Below, piece by piece: positions 14,501 through 27,400 of a stretch of DNA of 64,000 nt. The stretch is from Tubiluchus corallicola. Taxonomy: Eukaryota; Animalia; Priapulida. A program made the translations under genes and the position numbers. The stretch is taken from NCBI GenBank assembly GCA_030141605.1, contig JAQGDQ010000251.1, forward strand, positions 62,001 through 126,000. Direction: 5' to 3'. The notes beneath the pieces are model-generated. The model searched no databases. It was not told where the DNA came from and was given only the letters and a program-made list of their open reading frames with translations. How positions within the stretch are numbered: position 1 is the stretch's first letter; every line of letters starts with the position of its first letter.

Positions 14501-15453
14501 AATCCGTCAGTTTTAATGCTCAAAGTTAAAAATTATTAAACACCAACCTCTTCAGGCAGAAATTGCATGATGTTTTTTAGTAGCTGATCGAGTGATCTAG
14601 TCTGCAGGCTGCAGACACATTCAGTTGTTCGATCCTGGGTTCAAGACCAGTGGCTATCAACGTCAGCACACATAAATTTTTGAACCAAACGTGGCCACAA
14701 TAAGTAAAAATCTAGGACTAATCATGGCTGTGAACTACAGACATTTCAATTACTAAAATAATGTTATGACCACTATAGAACAATGCTGCTTCTTGCCATT
14801 ACGTCAGGCCTTAAGTCTGAGCTTAGAACCATCTAACCCATTTCAAGATTTACTCACATCACATAAGGCTAATTATTGCCAAGTAATGCTTTAATTAATG
14901 TCACGTGAACAGAGATTTTGTATTCGCGCCATGCTTGAACAAAAAATGTTTGGTTTTCTATTTATGACAAGTAGGCAACGGACTTTTAATGGTAAAATTT
15001 CGAAAACCATGGCCCATGGTTGGAATTCAGGCTCTGTTTATTTTATTAATTCATAATCTTACTTGTAATAAATATTATAATAAATAAAATTAATTATCAG
15101 CTTAAACCAGTAATTACTAATTATTGATACATATATTATAAGATTGTAATAGTTCTAGTGTGAACAAGTGGAGTTGCTTCATTAGCCTGATGATTCGTGA
15201 TGAGCAATTGAAATTAAACTATGGCCTGACTTCATCACAAGGGCTGTGTGGTCGAGTGGTTGACTAATCAGCTTTTATAATCATCATACTCTACCCATTT
15301 TCCCGCAATAATGTTTTTGACTTTTGTAGCACTTAAAAGGTATAATTATCTGAATGCGTGCTTCGCTACAGATTTCGCAAAACAAATTATAATCAAGGTG
15401 CTAACTAAAGAAATACAATGTTACAGAAAAAAGTAGGGGTGAGCAGAAAAAAG

Positions 15454-15842
15454 TAGGGGTGAGCATCGAACAAGTTTTTTTTAGTTCGAACTCGATTCGA
15501 ATCCAAAACTATAGATTCGAATAATTCAGCACTTCAATCACACATGTTTTTTATCCCTAAAAACGATTGAAACATCATGGAATTAGCATAATTTAGCTGT
15601 GATTTCTGCACACAATTTTAAAGAAATTACTAGTCGTTTTATTGCAGAACAAAGTCTAGTAATATGCATGATCTTTGTAAGACTAATTTTTGCTGGTGGT
15701 TTGAAAACTTGTTCGAAATCTTTCGATCTCAATTCGAACTCGGTTCGAATTCGAAACACTGAAGTTCGGTTCGATTCGAATTGGAAAGTCACAAATTCGG
15801 TTCGATTCGAATTCGCTTTCTGGTAGAGAATGCTCACCCCTA
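15454..15842. mobile_element. hAT-superfamily MITE
   Basis: TIRs TAGGGGTGAGCAT / ATGCTCACCCCTA, exact 8-bp TSD GAAAAAAG (15446-15453 and 15843-15850), many subterminal TTCGAA/TTCGAT motifs. Confidence 0.88.
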
Positions 15843-15869
15843 GAAAAAAGTAATGTTACTTTACTGACG

Positions 15870-16030
15870 AGTGATGGTCGTGCGCAGTTCTCTTATTGCC
15901 AGACCAAGCGTAGTGAGTGAGCCCAGCGCTGCGCGGTGCGCGCCCAACACACTGGAAGTGGCCTTTTTTGCAAGACAAGCTGTGGCAAATTGGCAATCGA
16001 AAGTGAAAACTGGTTAGGCGGCTTTCGCGA
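15870..16030 (+). promoter_or_regulatory. Probable promoter / non-coding first exon region of MAPKBP1/WDR62
   Basis: Local CpG/GC-rich patch (gcgctgcgcggtgcgcgccc, NRF1-like) and ETS-like CTGGAAGTG at 15952-15960, ~2.3 kb upstream of the first coding exon. That exon starts with a splice acceptor, so it implies an upstream exon. Confidence 0.45.
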
Positions 16031-18304
16031 TGCTGGTTTAGTGGATTCTGGTTAACTAAATAGCTGAGTTTGCGAGCGAATATCGAACTGTTGACTATTT
16101 TGGTTGGTGGTAATCAAACCGCGCATAAAACATTTACCTGAAAAAACATAGCATAATTTTTGTGTCAATCTTTTGCAGCATTTCGTATAGTAACGTAATC
16201 GAGTCGATGCTCACTGTAAAACTAGAACTGTCAATTATAGACATATCAGTGATGGTTGATGCTAATAGTCAGTACATGTGTCAATGCTTTCCAGGTTGGA
16301 CTGCTTTGGTTCTGGATAATAATGCAACCTGCAAGTTTATACAAACTGAAATCAAGTATGGTATCCTTACTAAGCACTAGATTATAGATATAACTCATTA
16401 TAACTATATAAGCGTTTTAACCTATTATTCGAGTAATAATAGATTTTAACCTGTTTTTAATTTGTACAGTTTAAACTTACAATACTATACTATAGATCAT
16501 TCATATCTCCTCACTTATGAATAATTTAATTAATTTTTTTGCTAATTTAAATGTTCCTGTTAACACTTATTCTCTATTTAAAAGTATATAAACATAAACA
16601 GTTGCTATCACAAAACACTGGAGTAACAACAATTTTGCAATCAAGTAAGATAAAAAGTCGTTTATTTAGAAACTAAAAATTTCTCTGTATTACAACAGGA
16701 ATTGTTATGTATTGTGCACAAATAACTTGAGTAGTTACCTAAAAATATTTTCTTAAGCTGTGGAAAGCAATAAAATTGTAAAATAAAAAAAAACAGTTAT
16801 TCAGAAGATGTGGAATATGCTAAACAGTACTCTGAAGACAAAAAGAGTAGTTTTGAAAACAAAAATCCAGTAATTCTACAGAGTGAATGTGAGTTTGTGA
16901 ATGAATTCTTTTGCATCCATTGGCCCTGTCTCTGGGCCAGTTAGATTCCAAAATCTAAGCTGTCCAATCCAATACTAAGTGCAGAGACAGCAGTGAATGC
17001 AGGAACTAAATCTGAGTAAATTAGCAAACCCCTAATATATTTTAGTAGAAAGGAAATTTAACTATATAATCTTACTTACACAAGCAAAATTCTGTAATAA
17101 AACTAAGTTTAGTTGAACCATTTTCATATGTTAAAAATAGGCTAAATTTATACCAGTATACAATACTGATTTCCAACTAAATGTAAAATACTATCACCTA
17201 TAACCAAATTATTTGAAAAATTAATGTCCATTAAAAAAATCTTCAAGTAGAGGAAATAAGGAGGAAATAAACCTTGCAGCCAGAGTCTTGCACTTCTTGA
17301 TGAAGTTTGCTGTGTTACTTTTCCCTTAATAGTCTAGACTCTAGACATTGTTCTAGATATCTTTAGCTTTTAGGGAACAGAAGGCTAGGGCTGGAGGAGT
17401 TCAGAACTGTCAATATTCAGGGATTCAGAGCTGTTACTGAGTACTTTTATTTTATAGTTATTGTTAGTTATGGTTTATTTAATTCCAGCAAACACTGTAA
17501 TTTCCAGCATGTAGACAACATGTTTAAATTTTTTTTCCGAAATGTGTGAAAAAGGCTGAGAAGCTCCAAACTTGGTGTAATAGCCACTCCAGTTCTAGGC
17601 CCAAAAGCAAGCCTTACACGACCATGCGAGAGGCTTTGCTAGTTCTGTACTTTCTGTAAATATGAGTTTTATTGGTTTTGGTTTTATTGTTGTAGTCATG
17701 AGATACATAATCATACTTGTCATTGTGTAACTTGACTCAGAATGTGTATACTATGCACCATAAAATTTGCAAGGGAATTCCATTTGGAAAGTAATTTTCT
17801 ATCTTTAGATACAAAATAAATATTTGTGTGCTTTATAAAAGTCAAACAACCTTAGAGTCTGACTTCCTTATAAAATAGTGTTTGTACCTGAGCTCATAGG
17901 AGTATACATATTTATTTGTTCTGGTTTTGTATTAAATAAAAAAGTAAATAATGGTTTTTATTAAAACGTCATATCAAAGCAATAAAACTGAATACAAGGC
18001 GAGAGTACAATAGAAATAGAAAAAAAGAGACAAAAGACACATAGGAGACATTGCTTACAAGATGAAAATTAGACAAATAACATTACAAAGTCAGTGAAGT
18101 AGTTTAAAACCAAGTGTGACGGTAAATATTTTACATAAATTTCGAATGAAGTTCCTCATTACTATTTTTAGTTCTAATTACAACAGGCACAGCTAAAAGT
18201 ATTAGTTTGTCGTTTCAGTTGCATTGTTTTATAATGGTTTGGCCTATTATGTAATAAAATTTTTGATTTTTCAGATTTAGTCCATTACTGTCAACATTGA
18301 AATC

Positions 18305-18400
18305 ATGACTTCTGTTGCTGTTGACAACGTTCAGCCTAAAATAAAGGCGCCCTTGAATCTGAAAAGAAGAAGCAATAAAACTTTGCCACTAACAGAAAGA
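18305..18400 (+). CDS. MAPKBP1: MAPKBP1/WDR62 coding exon 1 ([32 protein letters not shown])
   Basis: Acceptor tttttcag ends at 18274, ATG at 18305, donor gtaagt at 18401. Phase 0, matching exon 2. Confidence 0.75.
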
Positions 18401-21400
18401 GTAAGTCAGTTCTTATTTGCTTTGGGAAAATTTTTGAAGTTGAAAGTGAATTTACTTGAAGCGTTTATGAGTGCTCATGAAAGCCAGTGACGATGGCGGG
18501 CACTTGTCTGTGCCTTGATTTTCTCTAAATTACCTAGGTGTTCAGCTCAGAGAAAACTTGTTTTCAAGTAGAAATTTGAAATGGTTTTCCGAAAGTAAGC
18601 GGATTTGCAGCATACATATAGAAAGTGAATATTAGTCCTTCGCACCTTTCGCTATAATGTCAAAGCCCAAAGGATAATAAAGCATGGTTTACATCTTGTC
18701 ATACGATGAAAGAGTTTATAATTTATAAGTATATACATACACTTAAACATGCCTTAGCACAAACAGTTTATACTGAATTTTCTCTGCATTTTAAAAATAG
18801 GTAATGCAAATTTTAAAATTGTGTAATTACACACTGTTGCATAGTACACAAACTCTTGGCACTACTTAATAAAATATTTATCTTAATAATCGAGCCAGTG
18901 TTTGGTACACAATACACGATACAAGAACGACTGCTATTCCATGCACGAACGGAACGAACAAAATTTTATACATTTGCTATAGTACAGTAACGAAACAAAC
19001 AAAAATTTGGAAAAATAACGGCAGTACACGAAAATCAACAGCGACAAAAAGTATGATAGTTTATCAAATAGCTTGTAATAGTAAAACTCAGAATATTTTC
19101 CTCCTACCAACTGAAAGAAGCCATGATTTTGCCTAAGAGTGCGGGAAATGTGATCTTGCATTCTGAAACCAGACGTACGCAGACAGTTAGTCATAGATAT
19201 CTTTGCATATGCGGCAGCACAAAATTTACTAAATTTTACATTGTAAAATAAAGGAGCTAACGGAGTTTATTAATAATTTATTCCGAGTTGTTTTATTTAT
19301 TTAAGTAGTTAGACTAATCAGATGTAGAAGCTGAAGAAAGTAAATGATACATACATGTAGATGATACAAAAGGAGATGTAGTTTAAAGGTAGATCAGAAA
19401 AAGTAGATGTTCCAAACACTGAATCAAGCTCAGTATATAACGCAAATTTTCATTATTATGCATAGAGCATTTAAATTGCATATATGCACATGTATGTGTA
19501 TTTAACCCTGGGCATTTAGAATTTGAATAGTGTACTAATCGACTAAGGCAGTTCTAGTACAGACCTGGTGCAGTCGTAGCTGATTTAAAAAAGAACTACC
19601 TGTAGACTGCTGTTATTTCTGCAAAAAGCGTTCTTGTAAACTTCGTTACTTCGAAATGGTACATCTACGCTCTACACAAACTATGTTTTTTATCTTCATA
19701 AATCAGAATGGATAATCGACTGGCATTATCATTAGGGTGATGATTAAAATGCACTTCAGCTCAGACAACATCTTTAAATTACATACCGCTTATAAACCCA
19801 CCAGTTATGAAGCACATGTATTTTCAATTTTTGTTTCTAATCTATAATCTAGTTTTACAAACTAGTTACCCACTATGGCTGCTGCACCCCATTTAGCAGC
19901 TTGGTATGCAAGCCCCAAATTTTTAGGCAAACAATATCCATCCATCAGTATGAGCATTTGGCAGTTTTGTTTGTAAGACAGCCTTATCCCGATGAGAAGG
20001 GGTCTGATTTGGCCTTGGATGAGCAGTTGGAAGTAGCAGTTGCCTCGGGCCTTATTTTACAGTAGCCAGTTCACGGTGTCAAATGTTTTAGAAAGAAAAT
20101 AAAGACCTTCCTGTACAGGTGGGGCAGCAGTTAATGAAGCTGTTATTTTTTTTCTGTTGGATGTACTATTGTTCTGAACACATTGTTGTAATATCAATAA
20201 ACTACGTACTTCATAGTGTTTGTGCCTCTGTATTTATTTTAGAACCTGTTCAAAGTTGTTGACTTTATGTGGAAGTGGGCGACATCTTCTGCATCTTTGG
20301 TTTGTCAGGAAACTATTTACTTTTAGATCTGTGGCTTTATGGTTAATTTTACTAAGTTTTAAAATAAACCAGTTTTTGAAATCATCTCACACAAATGAAA
20401 ATGTTGCTTGACTTTAGCCTGCAGGAAAATCACATGGCTTAAGAATGACTGGCGTGAAAGCGTTGAGGAAAGTGATTGTGAAATTTTGCAAAATCATAAG
20501 GAATTAGCCAACTAAATGTTCACAATTCACAATACCCCAGAAAGGACAGAATTGCAATATGAGCTTGTGTGTGTCATTTTCTGTGAAAGTGAATGTGACA
20601 TTACCTCTTTCTAGGTTTAAAGAGTTCCTTAAGTTCGGGTTGTTTAAACTGAAGTGGTCATAAAGGGTTAATGATCCAATGCATGGTGTTGCAAGGGTTA
20701 TTAGGTGAGTTGTTGAGGATGATGCCACCAAAGTTCTGTATACCAGCTTTGATTATCTTTTACGAATTGCAGCCATGCCTCAGCTTTTATTTTGTAGAGG
20801 AGATACATGGAGATCGCAGAAAGATCTGACACCAGTCACTAGTCCCTTTAACGTTATTAAACCTTCAGATTCGATATATCCCAAAAATGGCGAGACTCAG
20901 CGCACCCAAACTGTGTCTGACATTTTTAGCAAACGCCTTTGTGCCACATGACTGACATTTGTCTAAACTTCTAAGTGTTATAAGATTATTGAAAGAATTT
21001 GAGAGAAAAACACCAATTAAACTGAAAGGCTTAAGGAACCATTAGAAATGCAACACCTGTTTATTTAAAAGAAGCTGTGCATTTCAACTGTAAGCAACTG
21101 AACAAGAAAACGTAGGGGATATGAAGTACGTAATAGGTAAAATATTTAATGGAACCATTTTTGGCGTGGGATACGTGATTAAAGATGAAGGTTACCAAAA
21201 AAATTACACCATCAGATCGGGCACGTAACTGAAAGATTTTATGTAGATGTTTTAAGGTCAAATGTCATTGTTCTAAAATGACAAAGTAACACTTGAAAAG
21301 GGGCTGATTAAAACGGTGAAAATCAATTAATAAGTAATTTGAAGTATTGAAGACGTAAAGTTGTCCTTCAGTTTTGCATGTTTTGCCGCATACCTACAAC

Positions 21401-24400
21401 ACAATGCCTGTAGTGCAGAACACCAGTGCCTTGCATATAACTTACCGATAGTATGATTGTATTAAAACAATCCTAGGTGACAGCTTCCCCAAAAACCCAT
21501 GATGATTTTTTGACAGATGTTTACTATATTATATGTATGAGCGTTAGTGTGTTCTAAAACGTGTTATTCGAATCGGGCTGCCAGTATCTAGTTACGTAGA
21601 TAAAGCGTCCTACCATATGTTATGGTGTGATACTAATTAATTTTCCTTGCTGTGCAATTAAGGTAATTGCTGATTAGCGCCATCGTGGCTGAAATTTCCG
21701 CGGCACCTTTATCGTTTGTTTATCGTTTTTTTATCTTATGAGAGATCGCTCATGCAAGAGCATAAAGACGTCACTTATCAACAATTCCCAGAAGATTCAA
21801 ACAGCCAAGTAGCAATGACTGTAGGTCTGATTAGAAAATGATTTGTTTCGATGTTCTCTCGGTAGGTTCGAGCCTCTACCATTACAACATACGCAGACAA
21901 ACCGTGGCGATGTTATTCTTTCAAATCCACCGAATCGAGATTCTTGCAAAGGGTTAAATTACTTGTAAAACACTTCACGAATCCCGTCAGAATTTGAGTC
22001 TTTTTCTAGCTTTTCTGAATTATACTACATGTATCTTTAACATTGGTAGTCACTGCCTACTAGGAACGTCAGTTTTACAGCCTGCTTAGTGTATTGTAAT
22101 AGAGCTCTAACAAAACAACGATGCAGTTTCTATGCAGGGCAATACTATAGTCATTTAAGGGTTAAGAGCTGGCCTTCTTTTCTTCAAAAAGCTGATCTCA
22201 CATCGTCGGGTTATGAGGTTAAATAATTTTCTTCTGTCTGAAGAGCTTAGTTGTGTCTAGGATTGTTGGCTAGCAAGTATCATGGTGAGAGTACGTGTTT
22301 TGTTCGCCGTGTTCTACTGATTTAGTGTTATTATGTTATTGTATAGGAGTAATCATTGCGTGTGTTCTGTATACTTGAACTTGCCCAGTGCCTTAACTTT
22401 GGTATATTCTGATGCAACTACTGTTAATGTACTAGTATATCGTCTACATTTTCTATCGCTATTTTTTCTTCAAAAGAAAGATTACTTAGAAATGAATAAT
22501 TTTAGGTCATAAATTAACGGTGTTAGATAGGAATTGCTTAATTCTTTATTGCAAATTTATTATTTACAATAATGAATATATTAAGTGGAGCTATTAGGGT
22601 TGTATTAAAATTTGTTTTGTTTAGTGGTCTAGTAGTTAGAACTTAGAACATTCGAGGTAGAACATTAGAACATTGATTAAAATCCAGGCACATTTCAAAT
22701 CTTTTCATATTTCTTTCTTATAACTAACTGTTTAACCAGAAAAACTAATAATTGTAATTTCATTAACTAAAAAGCTTGAAATGCAGATAGTGTATTTTAA
22801 GCCTAATAAAAGTGGCTTTATATGTGTATTTTTGTGAAATTACACACGAATTGGACGGAAAAAAATTCGAAAGTAGTTTGCTTTTGTTCTGTCCTGTGCA
22901 GTGCCTGTATATTAGGTGTTAAATAGAAAAATTAAACGCTTCGGTGCCATAATTTTTACTTGTAATCATGATTATGTACGTGGCTTTTGAATCGATTTTA
23001 ACATAAAAGTGAAGAAACATTTTAGTTGTGTTTTTCATAATAAACACATCCCAGTGTGTCTTCTTGAACGTATATTAGAGCGGCTTGGAATTTACTGAAC
23101 TAGTATCCCAGTTCCACGTTTTTGGAATATCCATCGTATATCACGAGTCATAATGTAAAGTTTAGCCTGTGGCTTTGCTTTCCAATATCAATTTCCCGGT
23201 TCTTGGTGTTTAGGCTTTAATATAATTATAGGTTCTGTCACCTGGTCAGAGTGACGGCGATCAGTCGACGCTAGCTTAGCCATGACCATTGGTCAGTCCC
23301 TTATTAACTCACACCTAGTGGTTCTTTTCTTATTGTTGCTCTAAAGATCACAGATCTTTCTAAGCTAATAGTTTGTAAGACGATTTGGCTTGCTTGAATT
23401 GGTCAGTGAATGAACCCTCGAGTGGTCAGTGTGAACGATAAGAAGGGTTGACCCTGGATTTTGAGAACAAGTCTTCAAGTCCTCTTAAAACGTCTGCAGT
23501 GATGTACTTTATGTGACGTGTATCGGTTTTTACATATTTTTAGTAGATCTACTAGTTTTTTTAAGCAAAGTGTATGGGAGAATGAGAGAGAGAGAGAGAG
23601 ACAAATCACAAAAAGAAAGAGGCAAACAGAGGAGAGCGAGAGAGAGAGAGGGGGAAGGGGAAATGAGACAGATTGCGAGAAGAGGTGGAGAGAAAGAGAG
23701 ACGGAGCAGAGCGAGAGATCATTATAAGTATTATTATAAGCGAGAGAGGGGGAGAGGGCAAGGGAGAGAGAGAATAAGAAAGATAGACAGATGGGGAGAA
23801 GAGATAGAGGGACGAAGAACAAAATGATATCGTGATAACTACCTCTATTGCTAAAGGTGTGCATTTCGTGTGTTTGTTGCTACACACATCATTTATGTTA
23901 TCTCTGTCTCGTATTTTGTTTTGGCTTTGGTAATTGAATACATAAACTGGGGCGAAGTTTTTTCCTGTCGAGGGAATCAGCATGTTGGCTCGGTACCCGG
24001 CTAAACGCGCTAATTTGTTCAAGGTTCTTCCTGCTAGTTCCATCATATCCAGCTAGACTAGGGGACGTTGGGCAGCGTTGGGAAATTCTTAGTTTTTCCT
24101 GATATTAGCCTGTAACCCCAGTATACCCCATTTTGGAGCTGCACAAACTTGAAAGTTATTTGAATTTAAAATATATAAAGCCAAGTTTTAGTTAATACCT
24201 ACCACGTAGAATATTCCTCAGCGCCAGTAGGCTTCTAGAAGAAAATCCGTGATTCGCTCGATCTGTCGAAATTGGATGATTATTGTCGAAACCTATTGAA
24301 ATTTTGTAGGATGATTAGCTAGGTCTTAGGATGTCCTTGGTTGAAAAGAAAAAAATTGCAGCAATCCCTTCGTTAATCTATTAGTTAATTAAATTTCAAT

Positions 24401-27400
24401 TCATTTCATTTTATTTTTGACTAGTTTTGACTATGACTATTTTAGAAACGGATTGTTTCTAAGTGAGTTTTAAGATAAAATTGATTGCATTGAATGCGTT
24501 ATTGAAAATCGTCTTGAAAAGCTGTTTTCGAGTTTCTGATTTCTGAAAGTAAAATTGTTTTAAATAGTCTTTACAAGATAACAGAGACTATTTCTTGTTT
24601 TTTTTTTGACAACAATACAGTAAAATCAGTGACTACACACAATACCATATAAGAAAATTTTCGTGATAATATGTGCTTTATTATGTTTCCTGTTTAATTG
24701 TTTATATGTAATCGTTATCTGAACGTATAATAATTAAAAAAAGAAAATCGAGAAGTGCGTCATAAATGTGATAAAATTATATATTTACTCAAAATATAGC
24801 TGGCGATTGTCAATACTAGTTATTTACATTTAATATTAGTATGCTACCCGCTATAAAATCAGTATGAACTACAATCGCGCATGCTGTATGTACAGTTAGT
24901 TATAACTAGAACTGATAATGCTGTTAGCGTTGTCGTGTGCTAAATGAACAAGTAACTCACTTGGGTTACTCACCTTTCTGTTTTACCTTTTCTGTTTGCC
25001 TTACAATTTCGAAGACTTATTGGTCTATGTAATAATAACGTTAGGCACAATTATATTGTGCCAGTATCGTCTGTGTTCTGATATTGATAGATCCTCTCTT
25101 TTGTTCTTTGGAGTAATTCAGTATGTATATGTGCGTCAATTTTTTATCGTTCTTTGAAAGTCATGAAATTTAATAGATTTTACGAAACCGCTGGGATATT
25201 AAATGATTTGTAATTGTACTGAACATTCTGTTGTACTTGATTTCGTGACATTGAAATTGACGCTGTAGTGATGGTAAAAACGCACTATTAATTAAATTTT
25301 GAAACCAAATTTGAAAAACAGGAAATTACGTGAAAAAGTTGAACAGGTCTGTATTTGAACCTGGAAGTCTGAGATGTGCTTACAAGGTAGACGCCATTGT
25401 CGCTCAGAAGCTCGCTGGCTCAAATACAAGCTATGTTCCAACTTTTTCACGTATCTTATTTTTTTCAAGTTTGGTGTCAAAATTTAATTAATTATGGGTT
25501 TGTACCATCATTAATAACAGTTTTGGCGTTAAGATATTATAAATATATAAAATTCAGTAACAGCTCAGTGTAGCTTATGAGGTCTTCTAACGAGGTATAG
25601 AGCTAATTTTGTAAATTTGCGCTGTGATTGTTAAAACATAACCCGGGCCTGGCTCACACATTTTTATGTGTCTAACGGGCTAGATCCATAGTTCCTACTC
25701 TCAAACATTATGAATGGTTCCAATTTTCACACACACTTTGTTGTGTGGTCAACATTCTTAAATAATTACAGTATGTCAGTGCCAAATGGAGAGTACCATA
25801 TAGTTTATTCTAGTGAGTTAATTACCAACTGCATTATTTAACTAATACGCTAAACCTGCTAATACGTACAATTCTAATAGCCTGAAGAACCTTGGATTGG
25901 GGAAGTGTAAGTGGTTGTTAGTCAACGCCCTCTAGCAGATGCACTTGAGTGACAATTTACACCTTGTAGAATTAATTAATGAGGTAGCATGCTACCTGTA
26001 CCTGTATGAGTAATAAATATAGTAAGATAGTACTTCAATTACGTTTTAAAACACAGTATGTTTGCGCTGCAGGTAGAATTTTTGAAAGGCAACCAGCCTT
26101 GTAAATCAAGTTCTATTTGGAGTTGCCGGCGTTGTCTATCTGTTCATCCGCGCCTTTTTATGTTGATACGGTATTTGAAAACGATTTATGAGCAGTTAAG
26201 ATTTAAACAGGTTGGCTGTTGTTGTATGTTATATGCCACTGGCCCGAGGGCTTTGAGTCATGTACAAAAACTTTTGTTAACTGAAAGAAGGCAAGCAATT
26301 GTAAAATATTTTCTTTATTAATTTTATAGCTTATGTACAGTTTGAGATAGGTTACCTTCTAAGTATTCGTTTATGGGCCTTTTTCTTAAATGAAAATTTT
26401 AAACATGTTTTGTCTCAGCTCACTATCTACAACTTTAAGCTTTTGAACTACGTGTATTTTTTGTGTGTTGTGATCTAAATTTTGTCCTACACAACCTTGT
26501 GTTCACTTTCACCTAAGTTACTGTCATTATTATATACACGTACTCGCAGAACTTAAACTAAATTGGGCAATGAGAAGCGTTTAATCAATGAAAAGTCATT
26601 AATGCATCTCAGTGCCATTGTACCCGCATGACGGTACCAGTGCATACTCGGCACATGTCTAATACACTTCAAACAGGCAAATTATGAAGGTGTTGTGTAT
26701 AGTTAACATGAGTAACCCGCATTAACTTTGTTATAGAGCAGCCATATTGGGAAAAAACTACTGTATGTGTAAGTCATTAAAATTTATAGAATGATGAAAA
26801 AGATGTTATTCTCCTAAGTCCGCTTTTTCCTCCACACCTGTCTTCAGTTCTACATACATTTATTGCACTGCTAATAATCTAAAAGTTTGTGATACAGATA
26901 GATGGCTGCTACTGATTCTAATTTTAAAACTAATTTTTATCTTGTATTTTGTTATGTAACTACTTACATTGTGTCTGTTATGATGTTAAACATACGTGTA
27001 ACCAAACAGATCTTTTTATTTTTTATTAGCTCAGAAAGAGTTTCTTGCGTTTTTTATACAAATAGCTTACTTGTGTAAATTTTTTATCCTTTTTGCCAGT
27101 AAACTCAGTGCCAGTGAAGTTCTAACAGTGCGTAATAAATATTGGTTTTGTTTGCTTTGAATCACGTTTTGTTACACGACCTTTTAGATTTGTTACGTAC
27201 ATATCAAACCTAGTGCTCCAATTCTATCATAGTGTTCGAAGTAATAAATATAATATCCTATACCTTATAAGTAATCAAGATCCCATTAACGGTAGTGATT
27301 TCATATTTTCATTATTTTATAAAAAAGCGTCAAGATATTCTGGACCCTTCGTTAGACTTCTACGAAGCGCTTATCTTGCTGGACGTTAGCAAATCGATGT

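Noticed and set aside
23475-24046. Several overlapping ORFs of 69-146 aa
   Set aside because: Mostly produced by the stop-poor GA-rich tract; no recognisable protein.
13630-24135. Shared 15-mer caaaatggggtatac at 13630 (+) and 24121 (-)
   Set aside because: One 15-nt match is expected by chance in a 64-kb AT-rich window, and the flanks do not align.
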